Part shown: piece by piece, positions 27,197 through 36,976 of the stretch
Layout of the letters: the number at the start of each line of letters is the position of its first letter
How positions within the stretch are numbered: the stretch's first letter is position 1
Source: Janthinobacterium lividum
GTDB taxonomy: Bacteria; Bacteroidota; Bacteroidia; Cytophagales; Hymenobacteraceae
Assembly (NCBI GenBank): GCA_050954765.1
Contig: JBPBQJ010000057.1
Coordinates: 27,242 to 91,241, forward strand
Direction: 5' to 3'
Length of the DNA: 64,000 nt
The notes under the pieces: generated by a model
The model's database searches: none
The model's input: only the letters and a program-made list of their open reading frames with translations
What the model was told of the DNA's origin: nothing
Translations under genes and position numbers: made by a program

Positions 27197-28480
27197 GTGG
27201 CACTTAATCTTCTTAGCCCCAAAGCGGCCCGTGCGGCCGACAAACAGGTCCCCCTGCTGGCCATCATGGCCAAGCTCGGGCGCACGCCGGTCGGCCAGGC
27301 CGCCGGCGGCAACTACTACTACCTCTCGCCCTTCCGGCAGGAGCAAACGCCCTCCTTCGTGGTGAGCGCCCACAAAAACGTGTGGGCTGATTTTGGCGAG
27401 GCGCCCGAGCCGGGCCAGAAGGCCGCCGGGGGCGACGTGCTCAAGCTCATCATGAAGCTGAGCCAATGCGACCTACCCACGGCGCGCCTGACGCTGCGGG
27501 CCTGGGCCGCCGACCTGGCCACGCCGGCCGAGCTGGCCCTGCCGGCGGCGCCGGTGGGGCAGACCTTCGTCACGGGCAAAGTCACCTTCACCGACGTGCG
27601 GGTGGAGGAGCTGGCCTGGAAGCCGCTGCTGGAGTACCTGGCTAGCCGCGGCCTCAACTGGCGCCTGCTCCAGCAGAGCCAGCGCACGAAGGCCCACCTG
27701 CAGCAGATTTTCTACCGCACCAGCACGAGCCACCGCGAGAAGCCCTACTTCGGGCTAGGCTGGAAAACGGAGGCCGGCTGGGAGGTGCGCAGTAAGAACT
27801 TTCAGGGCACCATCGGCGGCAAGGGCCTCACTTGGCTACTCGGCCGCGACCGCGACGAAGTAGCCGTGTTTGAGGGGTTTATGGACTACCTCTCGGCCCT
27901 GACGCTTGCCAACTGCGCCTCCTTCGATTGCACGGTGCTCATCCTGAATTCGGTGAGCCTGCTGCAGCAGGCGCTGCCTACGCTACTCGGGGCCAAGCGC
28001 GTGCACTGGTACGGCGACAACGACGTGGCCGGCGAGCGCGCCCTGCACCTGCTGCGCCAGACGCTGACCACGGCCCGGGTCAAGGCCCACAACGAAAGCT
28101 ACCGCGGCTACAAAGACCTCAACGACTTTCTGACCAAGACCCCACCCAGCAAGCCCCTGCCCCCCAAGCGGGCCGAGCGCAGCAAGCTCAGCCAGACGGC
28201 CCGCTACTGGCTCTGGGTCGTGTTCAACGAGCGTGCCCCGGGTACGCCCGAGTCGGCCGGCAAGAAGCGCATGTGCTCCTTCTACTCCTGGACCAATGAC
28301 GCCACCGGGCTGGAATACCTACGGGTGCTGCGCAACCGCCTCGGCCACCAGATGAGCTACTACCGCCTCTGCGAGCGCACCACGGGCACCCAGTACAACA
28401 TCCTCGAATGGGCGGGCATGCACCACACCCTGCCGCAAACCCCAAGCAAGCAAGAAGTAGGATGCGACTGCCCGAATTAG
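27197..28480 (+). CDS. DNA primase (degenerate CHC2-like domain + TOPRIM)
   Basis: LSPFRQEQTPSF, WADFG, VFEGFMDYLS, GDND, YKDLNDFL. Confidence 0.85.
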   Translation: MALNLLSPKAARAADKQVPLLAIMAKLGRTPVGQAAGGNYYYLSPFRQEQTPSFVVSAHKNVWADFGEAPEPGQKAAGGDVLKLIMKLSQCDLPTARLTLRAWAADLATPAELALPAAPVGQTFVTGKVTFTDVRVEELAWKPLLEYLASRGLNWRLLQQSQRTKAHLQQIFYRTSTSHREKPYFGLGWKTEAGWEVRSKNFQGTIGGKGLTWLLGRDRDEVAVFEGFMDYLSALTLANCASFDCTVLILNSVSLLQQALPTLLGAKRVHWYGDNDVAGERALHLLRQTLTTARVKAHNESYRGYKDLNDFLTKTPPSKPLPPKRAERSKLSQTARYWLWVVFNERAPGTPESAGKKRMCSFYSWTNDATGLEYLRVLRNRLGHQMSYYRLCERTTGTQYNILEWAGMHHTLPQTPSKQEVGCDCPN

Positions 28481-28827
28481 ACCAGCAGATTCACCTGCAG
28501 TGGGGCGAGGCCGCGCAGCTGGCCCACGCCATTGAGTGGGTGCTCACGGGGCAGCTCACGCTCGCGGCGCCGGCGCGCGTGCCGGCGAGCCTGATGCTCT
28601 GCCTGGGGCCGCTCACCCGGGTGGGCACCCGGCTGCTGGCCCGCGCGCGCCAGGAGAAGCAGCGCGTAGGAGCCGCGCCCACCAAGCCGCGCAAGATGGT
28701 GCTGCGCTACGATGAGGTCGCGGGGCTGATGAAAATCCTGCCCGTGGCGCCGGCGGCCGGCCTTGCCTGGGCCGAGGTGCAGCAGGTGAGTCTGACCCTG
28801 GAAAGGTATATTGATTTCACGCGGTAA
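28462..28827 (+). CDS. Hypothetical phage protein
   Basis: Overlaps primase stop; 121 aa. Confidence 0.55.
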   Translation: MRLPELDQQIHLQWGEAAQLAHAIEWVLTGQLTLAAPARVPASLMLCLGPLTRVGTRLLARARQEKQRVGAAPTKPRKMVLRYDEVAGLMKILPVAPAAGLAWAEVQQVSLTLERYIDFTR

Positions 28828-28899
28828 TGCTAATTTTTATGGCGTAGGTTTTGCCCGTAGATTTAGCCTATTATCACCTCGCGTTCATTATTTTCTGCC

Positions 28900-29448
28900 T
28901 TGGAGTCCATCACCTTACCCGTCGAGTCCCACGTGCTGCGCTTCCTGCTGGGCAACCAGGAAGAGGAGCACTACTTTCTTTCCGAATCCGACCCCTTCGG
29001 CATGTACCTGCTGCGGCTGCTGATTGAGAACCCCATCGAGCGCCGGCGCGACGAGCAGGTGGCCGCCTACCCCGGGCGCTGGTCGGTGCAGCTGGGTAGC
29101 TACGAGGCCTGGGGCATTGGCGAGCCCAGTGGCAAAGTGGCCTACTTGTTTAACAGCTACATCCACAAGTTTATGCTGCGCGACTTACACGGTTTTGTCC
29201 AACAAGCCGTGGAGAACGGGGAGCAGGCCAAGCACGCCATCCAGGGCTTCATGGTCAAGTACGGCCTGCGCGAGGAGGACATCCAGTTCGAGACGCTGCA
29301 GAAGTCCTGGCAGCGCTACTGGAGCCACCGCAAGGCGAGCAAGAAAAAGCGCGTCAGCCTGGGTGGCCAGCTGCCCCTCAAGGAGCTGGAGAAGCGCCTG
29401 CTGAAGACGAAGCAAGCAGGCGCGCAGTCAGCTGCCCAGGGCGCGTAA
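28900..29448 (+). CDS. Putative late-gene transcriptional regulator
   Basis: Last gene before structural module; C-terminal HTH-like segment (AIQGFMVKYGLREEDIQFETLQKSWQRY) and basic tail; function inferred from position. Confidence 0.4.
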   Translation: MESITLPVESHVLRFLLGNQEEEHYFLSESDPFGMYLLRLLIENPIERRRDEQVAAYPGRWSVQLGSYEAWGIGEPSGKVAYLFNSYIHKFMLRDLHGFVQQAVENGEQAKHAIQGFMVKYGLREEDIQFETLQKSWQRYWSHRKASKKKRVSLGGQLPLKELEKRLLKTKQAGAQSAAQGA

Positions 29449-29514
29449 AAAAAGAGCTAAAGCGTTTGTCCATTTTCTAAAGCGATTGTCCATTAAAACT
29501 ACCCACTTTGTCCA

Positions 29515-30159
29515 TTGGCTACCTCCCCTGCGTTACCGCCCCTGAGCCAGGCGCCCAACCCGGGCCTAGCGGGTTACGTGGCCGCCTACTACCTGCCGCA
29601 GGCCGACCTGGCCGCCGACCTGGTCCTGGCGAGCCCCGGCCTAGTAGCGGCCGACCTGCAGCTGCTGCCCGGCGCCGGCTGGCGGGCGCTGCCCCACACC
29701 CAGGGCACGCTTAAGTTTGAGGAAACGCCCAAGCTCGAGCGCGGCGTGACCACCTACCAGGTGCGCGCCACGGCGCAGCGCCCGCAGGCTAGCCCCGCGG
29801 TGCTCGCGGCCCTGGCCAGCCTCGACCGCCGGCCGCTGCTACTCTTGCTGGTAGAGGCCACTGGCGGCCGGCGCCTGGTGGGCTCGCGCGAGGAGTACGT
29901 GCTGCTGAGCACGACGGGGGAGGGGCAGAACCCCGCCACCCGGGCGGGCGTGGAGCTGCGCTTCGAAGGCGCCGCGGCCCGCCGGGCGCCCTACTACACC
30001 GGCGCCGTGCCGGTGCTCAGTGGCCCCGCCCTGGCGCCACCGGCCGGCACGGGCGGCTACGTAGAGATTCGCGACCGTAAGGGCCTGCTTATGGCGCGCG
30101 TGGCCGCGGGCACTACCGTCACGATTACCAGCGCCTTCAAGGTCACTTTGTCCTTTTAA
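29515..30159 (+). CDS. Putative virion structural protein
   Basis: First gene of late block; beta-rich; TTG start 4 nt after TTTG. Confidence 0.55.
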   Translation: MATSPALPPLSQAPNPGLAGYVAAYYLPQADLAADLVLASPGLVAADLQLLPGAGWRALPHTQGTLKFEETPKLERGVTTYQVRATAQRPQASPAVLAALASLDRRPLLLLLVEATGGRRLVGSREEYVLLSTTGEGQNPATRAGVELRFEGAAARRAPYYTGAVPVLSGPALAPPAGTGGYVEIRDRKGLLMARVAAGTTVTITSAFKVTLSF

Positions 30160-30188
30160 GCCGCTAGCCAGGGCCGTTGCTTTACACA

Positions 30189-32417
30189 ATGCCCCAGCTG
30201 TTGCCCGAAGATTTTGCCGACAAGTGGATTCCACTGCTAGCCGATAACGTGTTTATGAACATCGATGGGCCGCTGCTCGAGCGGCTCATTGTCGACATAA
30301 AGGACTCGTTTGCCGCTAGCCTGGCCACGGCCAACGTGCCGGACTGGCTTAAGGACACTTACTACCCACTGGGCTACGTGATTCTGCACAGCTTCGCGGG
30401 GGGGAAAGCCTTTTTTATGAAAGCCAAGCTGGCGGGCTACTTGCCGGTGCCGACTAAGGCGGAAGGCGATGACAACTGGGAGCCCGCGCTGAGCCCGGCG
30501 GCCGATAACGCCCTCTACCAGGTAGGCACCGTCGCGGCGCTGCGCCGGGAGCAGGGCAACTGGGTGCCGAGCCGGCTCTACGTGCTCATGGGCCGGGTGG
30601 ACGCTACCAGTGGCGACGAGTTGCCCGACGTCTACGTGCGGGCCGTGACCACGGAGCAGCTGGAGCCGACCGGCTACAGCCTCGACCTGCACGCGATACC
30701 GCAGCTGCCGGTGGCCGTGCGCTACGACCTCGACCAGGACCAAACTGAACCTACTAAGTCAGCCTCCAGCTTTGCCGACCTGCTGGGGGCGCCAGCGGAT
30801 AACACGGCCCTGGGGGCAGTCTTGGCTAGCCTGGCCAGCGCCACCAGCGCGCAAAAACAGCGCATCGATGCGCTGCTGGCCGGCGCCAACGGGGCGGTGG
30901 ACACGTTCATCGAGGCCTACAACCGCTTCGTGGCGGACGAGAGCGCCGCCGCCGCGCTCACTGGCCAGGTAAGCAGCCTGCAAGCCGTGCAGCGCCAGCA
31001 CAGCACTCAATTGGCTACGCTCGGGGCGCAGGGCGCGCCGGCCATGTGCTACCTCTCGGATGGCTCGACGGTGGGCTTTGCCTCGGTCGATGAGGCCCTG
31101 GCCGACAAGCGCCAAAAGGTGTTTATGCGCTTCAACGTGGCCACGCTCACGGTCACGGCCAGCAATATGCCGCGCGGCAGCACGGCCTCGGGCTGGCCGA
31201 ACTACCTGGATGCGAGCGGCTCCACCATCTTTATTGCCGATGGCGTGACCTTGAGCGTGCCGGGCGACTCGGTGGACGCGCTGCTGCTGGCCAACTTCTT
31301 TTTCTACTTGCCGGCATCTGCCGCCGGCACGGGGGTGGTGAGTCTGCTCGCGGCCCGTACCAGCGGCAGCGGCCCGGGGCAGTACCCGCAGCTGCTCAAC
31401 GGCTACAGCCAGGTGCCGCTGCGTCTCAACTACGGCACCTTCACGGTCGTCAACGGCTACTACGCCAGCTTCACGGGCACGGGCACAGTGCATCTGTATG
31501 GCAACGTGCAGGTAGACCAGATTGCCAGCGGCATCACGGTCGTGGACCACCGCAGCAGCGGTAGCGGCCCCGGGGGGGCGAGCAGCTTTGCCGCCCTCAC
31601 CGGCGAGCCCACCGACAACGCCAAGCTAAAAGCGGCCCTAGCCACCACTGGTAGCAGCAGCGCCCGGCCGAGTCAGCACCAGACCTTTGCCAGCCAGCGG
31701 CTAACGGCCATTCAGTTTCACGACACCGTGCCGGCGGCGCTCAGCCTGGTGGCCATCTCGAATCTGGCGCAGCTCGCCACGCAGGTCAACTACCAGGATG
31801 CGGGCAACCCCGGCGTTTGGCTTACCCTACCGGCCCACGTGGCCACGAGCGACGCGGCCTCGCTGGCTACCATGTGCCAAAGCCTGCTCGACGACATGGC
31901 CGCGATTCCGGCGGCCTCGCTGGCCATTGCCGCCGAGCTGCAGCTGCTGAGCTATCCGCTGGACTCCGCCCAGGAAGCCAACTTTTTTGTGAGCGGGCTA
32001 GGGGGCGGGCAGTACGCCGGCCGCAACGGCTTTTTTCGCACTACCTACACTGGGCCGCCGCAGGGCAACCTGGTGCTGAACTCGCAGTTCACCGACGCCT
32101 CGGCCTGGACTACTTACGGGGGAAGCATCACCATTGGCGGCGGGCAGGCCGCCTACGCGAGCCAAGGTGGTATTTACCAGCGCATTAACCTGCAGTCAGA
32201 CCGCTATGAGATTCGGGTGCGCGTGCTCAACCTCGACAGCGGGGGGAGTGTGCAGCTGCTGGCCGAAGTGCCGGCGGGCGCGGCGTCGGGCAGCAGGAGC
32301 TTCTACGGGCCAGGCGATTACACCTTCCAATTCGACTGGAGCGGCGGGGAAATACAGCTGCGCGCCATCGGCACGTCCAGCGCCGTGCTCGGCCACCTCT
32401 ACCTCTTGCCCGCCTAG
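30189..32417 (+). CDS. Putative tail fibre / receptor-binding protein
   Basis: Repeated SSFAxLxGxPxDN motif, coiled-coil segment, C-terminal beta-sandwich/CBM-like region. Confidence 0.55.
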   Translation: MPQLLPEDFADKWIPLLADNVFMNIDGPLLERLIVDIKDSFAASLATANVPDWLKDTYYPLGYVILHSFAGGKAFFMKAKLAGYLPVPTKAEGDDNWEPALSPAADNALYQVGTVAALRREQGNWVPSRLYVLMGRVDATSGDELPDVYVRAVTTEQLEPTGYSLDLHAIPQLPVAVRYDLDQDQTEPTKSASSFADLLGAPADNTALGAVLASLASATSAQKQRIDALLAGANGAVDTFIEAYNRFVADESAAAALTGQVSSLQAVQRQHSTQLATLGAQGAPAMCYLSDGSTVGFASVDEALADKRQKVFMRFNVATLTVTASNMPRGSTASGWPNYLDASGSTIFIADGVTLSVPGDSVDALLLANFFFYLPASAAGTGVVSLLAARTSGSGPGQYPQLLNGYSQVPLRLNYGTFTVVNGYYASFTGTGTVHLYGNVQVDQIASGITVVDHRSSGSGPGGASSFAALTGEPTDNAKLKAALATTGSSSARPSQHQTFASQRLTAIQFHDTVPAALSLVAISNLAQLATQVNYQDAGNPGVWLTLPAHVATSDAASLATMCQSLLDDMAAIPAASLAIAAELQLLSYPLDSAQEANFFVSGLGGGQYAGRNGFFRTTYTGPPQGNLVLNSQFTDASAWTTYGGSITIGGGQAAYASQGGIYQRINLQSDRYEIRVRVLNLDSGGSVQLLAEVPAGAASGSRSFYGPGDYTFQFDWSGGEIQLRAIGTSSAVLGHLYLLPA

Positions 32418-32492
32418 GCCAGGCGCTTGCGTGGGCTGTCCTTTTTGCGGGGCCGGGGTGCCGGCAGCTTTGCATCGTCTTAGCTACCGCCG

Positions 32493-33965
32493 ATGCACTC
32501 TCCCTTATTTACGCAAATCGTTGCTTCCCCCTGGCTCATCAGCCCGGCCCTGGCCGAGCAGTACAAGCCACTGCTAGCGGGGCTACTAGAGGGGCGCCTG
32601 CCCGGGATGGGAGAAGCTCGGCAGCTGGTAGAGCTGCGCGCGGCGATGCAACCGGTGGATTATACGCTGGCCCTGGTCGCTGGCCAGGCTAGCGCGGCCG
32701 TGCCGCTGGCCGCTGCCGGCGGCGCTGCTGCGGGCCAGCCCAGCGCCGACCGCTGCAACATCCGCGTCATTAGCCTCAGTGGCCCGCTGCTCAAAGACGA
32801 CCAGGAGTGCGGCCCCTACGGCATGGCCACCTACGCCCGCTTCATCGAGTCGGCCGGTCAAAACCCCGACATCGACGCCTTGGTGCTCAAGATGGACTCG
32901 CCGGGCGGGCAGGTCTACGGCACCCAGAGCCTGGCCGATGCGGTGAAAAACTGCGGCAAGCCCGTGGTGGCGCTCGTCAGCGACGGCCTGATGTGCTCGG
33001 CCGCCTACTGGATTGGCTCGGCCGCCAGCGCCATTTTGGCCACGCACGAGACGTGCACCATCGGCTCCATCGGCGTGATGGCCAGCTGGGCCGACAACCA
33101 GGGCAAGTTAGAGAAAGAGGGCGTCAAGTTCCACGAGATATACGCCTCGCAGTCAACGCGTAAAAACGCCGACTTCGCCGCGGCGCGCGCCGGTGACTAC
33201 GGCCCCATGCAGGAGCGCCTCTCGGCTATCTGCGACCAGTTTATCGGCGCCGTAACGGCTAACCGCGGCGAGCGCCTCGACCAGAAGGCCGCCAAAAAAG
33301 CCGGCGCGTTCGCCGGCGACACCTTTCACGCCAGCCAGGCCCAGGAGTTGGGCCTCATCGACGGCATCGGCTCGCTGCAGGACGCCTTCGGGCTGTGCGC
33401 GCAGCTGGTGCAGCAGCAGCGCCTGGCTTCCCCCGCTTCCCCTAATTCATCCGCTACAATGGGACTTTTTGATAAAAAGGCTGCCTTCGGGCCGGCCATG
33501 CAGGCGCTCGTGGGCGCCTCCACCGTGACGCCCGAGATGGCCACCGCCGCCAACGCCGAGTTGGAAGCGATGGGCATTTCGGGCGCCGCCCTCATTACCG
33601 AGGCGGCCCATAAGGAGCTGGAAACCGGCAGCACGGCCTGGGACGCGGCGCACGAGGCCCTCGAAGCCGCCGGCGCGACCGACGTGGCGGCCCTAGCCAG
33701 CGAGCGCGACACGCTGAAGACGGGCATGGCCAGCGTGACGTCGGCCCTGACGGCCGCCGGCGCTGCCGACGTGGCCGCGCTCGCCGCCGACCGCGACCAG
33801 CACAAGGCTAGCGCTGAAGCTTTCGGTAACCAGCCCGGCAAACTGCCCAGCACGGCTGGCAAAACGGGCAACGACCTACCCGAGGAGGGTGCCGACGAGG
33901 CCGCCACCGCCATCGGCAACCTGGCCCACAACAAGGCCCTGGAGGGCCACCCCGTGTTCGGCTAG
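32493..33965 (+). CDS. S49 (SppA-like) prohead protease with C-terminal scaffold
   Basis: DSPGG, SAAYWIGS, IGSIGV; Ala-rich helical repeats; precedes capsid gene. Confidence 0.88.
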   Translation: MHSPLFTQIVASPWLISPALAEQYKPLLAGLLEGRLPGMGEARQLVELRAAMQPVDYTLALVAGQASAAVPLAAAGGAAAGQPSADRCNIRVISLSGPLLKDDQECGPYGMATYARFIESAGQNPDIDALVLKMDSPGGQVYGTQSLADAVKNCGKPVVALVSDGLMCSAAYWIGSAASAILATHETCTIGSIGVMASWADNQGKLEKEGVKFHEIYASQSTRKNADFAAARAGDYGPMQERLSAICDQFIGAVTANRGERLDQKAAKKAGAFAGDTFHASQAQELGLIDGIGSLQDAFGLCAQLVQQQRLASPASPNSSATMGLFDKKAAFGPAMQALVGASTVTPEMATAANAELEAMGISGAALITEAAHKELETGSTAWDAAHEALEAAGATDVAALASERDTLKTGMASVTSALTAAGAADVAALAADRDQHKASAEAFGNQPGKLPSTAGKTGNDLPEEGADEAATAIGNLAHNKALEGHPVFG

Positions 33966-34026
33966 GCCAGTTCTGATTTTCCCCACGCGGCCTGGCCGCC
34001 TTTACTTTTTATTTTTTAACTAGCTC

Positions 34027-35031
34027 ATGGCAAGTACTATTAACGTCCAAGACGTTATTACCGAGTTTGGTAACTACTACCGCGACGGGGGGCAAAACCT
34101 GGCCCGCGTGCTCAAAAAGCCCTACATCGCCCTGCAAACCGAGGCGCTCTTCGGCCTGATACCTACCGACGACACCTCGTATCAGATGGCTATCACGGAG
34201 CTGAGCCGCGTGCTGCAGCCCTTCCAGCTCGGCTGGACGCCGCTGGGCGACTTCAAGGCCTCGCCCATCACCATGAGCCAGACGCCCTTCAAAGTCGACC
34301 TGGAGGAGTACCCCGACAAGCTCGAGACGATGTGGCTCGGCTTCCTGGCCGATAAGAACCTCGACCGCGCCACCTGGCCTTTCGTGCGTTATCTGGTAGA
34401 GGAGCACCTCTACGCCCGCATGGACGAGGACTACGAGCTGGGCGAGATTTACTTCGGCAAGTTCGCCGCGCCCACGGCCGGTACCCCCGGCGATGCCGGC
34501 ACTGGCATGGACGGCATCCGCATCCAGCTCAACCGCCACGCGGCCGCTGGTCGCATTACGCCCATTGCGCTGGGCGCCATCCCCACCGATGCGCTCGACT
34601 TCTGCGAGTACATCGAGCTGTTCGTCGACAAGTTCGGCCGCCGCTACCGCGGTCGCCCGATGGAGGTCTGCTTGAACCCGACGCTGGCCCGGCGCTACGC
34701 CGTGGGTCGCCACAAGAAGTACAAGGGCGACATCGCCGACCCAGTAAGCCGCCAGATACTCGACGGCAACGGCGAGGCCTTGCTCACGGCCCCGATTGAG
34801 TTTACCAAGCACCGCGTCGTGGGCTTGGACTCGATGGGCGACAGCCTGAAAATCTGGGCCACCAACGCCGACAACCGCAAGCGCCTGGCCAAGAAGACGC
34901 CCAACACGCGCCAGGTGCGCATCGAGAGTGCCAAGCGCCAGGTGGCCATTTTCACCGACTTCTACAAAGGCCTGGGCTTCCCCGTGCCGGAGGCCGTGTT
35001 CATGAACGACCAGGATTTGGGTACTGTCTAA
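34027..35031 (+). CDS. Major capsid protein
   Basis: 334 aa directly after protease/scaffold; strong codon bias. Confidence 0.7.
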   Translation: MASTINVQDVITEFGNYYRDGGQNLARVLKKPYIALQTEALFGLIPTDDTSYQMAITELSRVLQPFQLGWTPLGDFKASPITMSQTPFKVDLEEYPDKLETMWLGFLADKNLDRATWPFVRYLVEEHLYARMDEDYELGEIYFGKFAAPTAGTPGDAGTGMDGIRIQLNRHAAAGRITPIALGAIPTDALDFCEYIELFVDKFGRRYRGRPMEVCLNPTLARRYAVGRHKKYKGDIADPVSRQILDGNGEALLTAPIEFTKHRVVGLDSMGDSLKIWATNADNRKRLAKKTPNTRQVRIESAKRQVAIFTDFYKGLGFPVPEAVFMNDQDLGTV

Positions 35032-35126
35032 GGCACCCCGGGCGGCCCCTAGCCGGGGCCGCCCACCCTGGGAAGATGGAAGAAAAGCAGTTAAGTCGTT
35101 TTTTAGAAACTAAATATCAGCCCGTT

Positions 35127-35426
35127 ATGGCAGACAAGGTAGAAACCCCGGAAGAGAAAAACATCCGCCTCGAGCAGGAGCTAGCGGAGGCCAAGGGCAT
35201 CATCGACGAGCAGACCGAGCAGCTCGAGGCCAAGCAGCTGCAGACGGCCGGCACGCTGCCCGTCATCAGCTACGACAAGCAGAACTACCAGGCGCAGGCG
35301 GCCAAGTTTCACTTCAATGGCGTGGACTACACGGCCCAGGAGCTGGCCGGCAACACCGACCTAGTGAAGCAGCTGCTGGAGGCGAAGTCCGGCCTGCTGG
35401 TCAAAATCGAAAAGGCGAAGAAATAG
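35127..35426 (+). CDS. Hypothetical head-associated protein
   Basis: Coiled-coil N-half; follows capsid gene. Confidence 0.6.
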   Translation: MADKVETPEEKNIRLEQELAEAKGIIDEQTEQLEAKQLQTAGTLPVISYDKQNYQAQAAKFHFNGVDYTAQELAGNTDLVKQLLEAKSGLLVKIEKAKK

Positions 35427-35465
35427 TCGCCCATTGTTTCACTTTTAAAGTAAGGAGCCGCACGA

Positions 35466-36014
35466 ATGGCCAAACTAACCCACCTGCCCGGCCCCCAGGG
35501 CAAGGACAACCAGCCCGGTCTGAAGGGGCTCATCTACATCGCCCCGGAGTCGTGGTTCGCAAAAATTGCGGGCATGAAGACCACCACCGAGCCGGGCGAC
35601 TCGGTGACCATCGACGGCTCGCACACTTTCAAGGACAACCCGGCGACACCGGGCGTTAAGTACGGCTTCCTGACGGCCTACGCCACCCAGGACACGGCCC
35701 AGCTCAAGCTTGACCCTACGGGCGAGCGCGACGGCCGGGGCTACAAGGCCGGTCTGGAATTCTTCAACCCGGGCAGTGGCAAGCCGGCGGCCGAGTTCAT
35801 GCGCATCGTCAAGAACGAGAGCTGCATTATGCTGGTCAAGACTCCGGACGGCATCGTGCAGCAGGTCGGTAGCGATGGCCTGGGCGCCGAGATTGTCGGC
35901 AGCTACGACTCGGGCAAGCTCTCGGGTGGTCGCCGCGGTACGACCTACAAGGCGGAAGCCTACCAGCAGGGCAACCAGTTCTACGAAGGCACCATTGACC
36001 TGTTGCCTGAGTAA
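35466..36014 (+). CDS. Putative major tail (tube) protein
   Basis: 182 aa, Gly/Thr-rich beta protein, TAAGGAG RBS. Confidence 0.45.
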   Translation: MAKLTHLPGPQGKDNQPGLKGLIYIAPESWFAKIAGMKTTTEPGDSVTIDGSHTFKDNPATPGVKYGFLTAYATQDTAQLKLDPTGERDGRGYKAGLEFFNPGSGKPAAEFMRIVKNESCIMLVKTPDGIVQQVGSDGLGAEIVGSYDSGKLSGGRRGTTYKAEAYQQGNQFYEGTIDLLPE

Positions 36015-36254
36015 ATGATGCTGCGCCCCGAAGTTGCCGAGCAGTTCGAGCTCACCAGCGGCGTGACCCGCGTGCACGTCTCGCAATTAGGTCACGACTA
36101 CGACCTGAGCCGCATCAGCCTGGCCGAGGCCGAGCAGCTGGTGGCCGTGCCCGGCTTCGACAGGCTTCGGCGCAAGGCAGTGCCCGCAAACGACGTGGGG
36201 CCGGTGGCAGCAACCACCGGCCCCACTAAGGGCAGAAAAAAAAAGAGGGCTTGA
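36015..36254 (+). CDS. Small hypothetical protein with basic C-terminus
   Basis: Abuts previous stop; terminator hairpin follows at ~36291-36325. Confidence 0.55.
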   Translation: MMLRPEVAEQFELTSGVTRVHVSQLGHDYDLSRISLAEAEQLVAVPGFDRLRRKAVPANDVGPVAATTGPTKGRKKKRA

Positions 36255-36364
36255 GGAGGAAGCATTGAGGAGCTAGGGTAGCCCCCTTTTCCAGCGTTCG
36301 GCAAGGCCGGGCGCTGGTTTTTTTTGTCCTTTAGCCAGCCAAGGTACGCGGTAAGTTTTGCATC

Positions 36365-36976
36365 GTGAAGCAGATACGCGAGTGGTTGGAAGAGGAAGGG
36401 GGCGACTATGCTACGGGGCTAGCCCTGTACGAGGCCCACGGCAGGAGCAGCGTGGTACTGAGCGCGCTACGCTATGGCGAGACGATGTTCACGCGCCAGA
36501 AGCTGCGTGCGGAGCTGCGCAAGCTGCTCGAAACCCACCCGCCGGCGCCGGCAGTTGCCCCGCGGCCGGCCAAAAGCGCGCCTGTGCGGCCCGCAGTAAC
36601 CGCCCCGCCGGTGGCTAGCCCACCCGAACCCCCAGACGTGCCCGATGAGGTGCGCGAGCAGCGCAGCAGCTGGTATGCCGAGCGCCACCGCCTGCACGCC
36701 ACGCTCGAGCTGCTGGCCACCGACGAGGAGCGCGAGGTCGCCGGCGAGCGCATCCTGGTGATTAGCGAGCTGCTCACGGCCAGCTACCAGGCGCCAGTGG
36801 CCGCGGTACCGCGCCCCGACCTCTCGCTCGTGCGCGACCAGGGCGAAATCCGCCGGCTGCTGGCCAACCTGCGCCCCCAAGTTTCCAAGCTAAAGAAAAA
36901 CCCCGCCCGTGCCCTCGACCTCCAGCAGGCCCAGGCGGATATCAAATTACTGGAGCGTAACCTATTGAAGCCGTGA
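36365..36976 (+). CDS. Hypothetical phage protein
   Basis: GTG start 4 nt after late-motif TTTG; GTGA-coupled to methylase. Confidence 0.65.
   Translation: MKQIREWLEEEGGDYATGLALYEAHGRSSVVLSALRYGETMFTRQKLRAELRKLLETHPPAPAVAPRPAKSAPVRPAVTAPPVASPPEPPDVPDEVREQRSSWYAERHRLHATLELLATDEEREVAGERILVISELLTASYQAPVAAVPRPDLSLVRDQGEIRRLLANLRPQVSKLKKNPARALDLQQAQADIKLLERNLLKP

Noticed and set aside
30189-32417. Diversity-generating retroelement targeting the fibre gene
   Set aside because: No reverse transcriptase and no TR/VR duplicate seen
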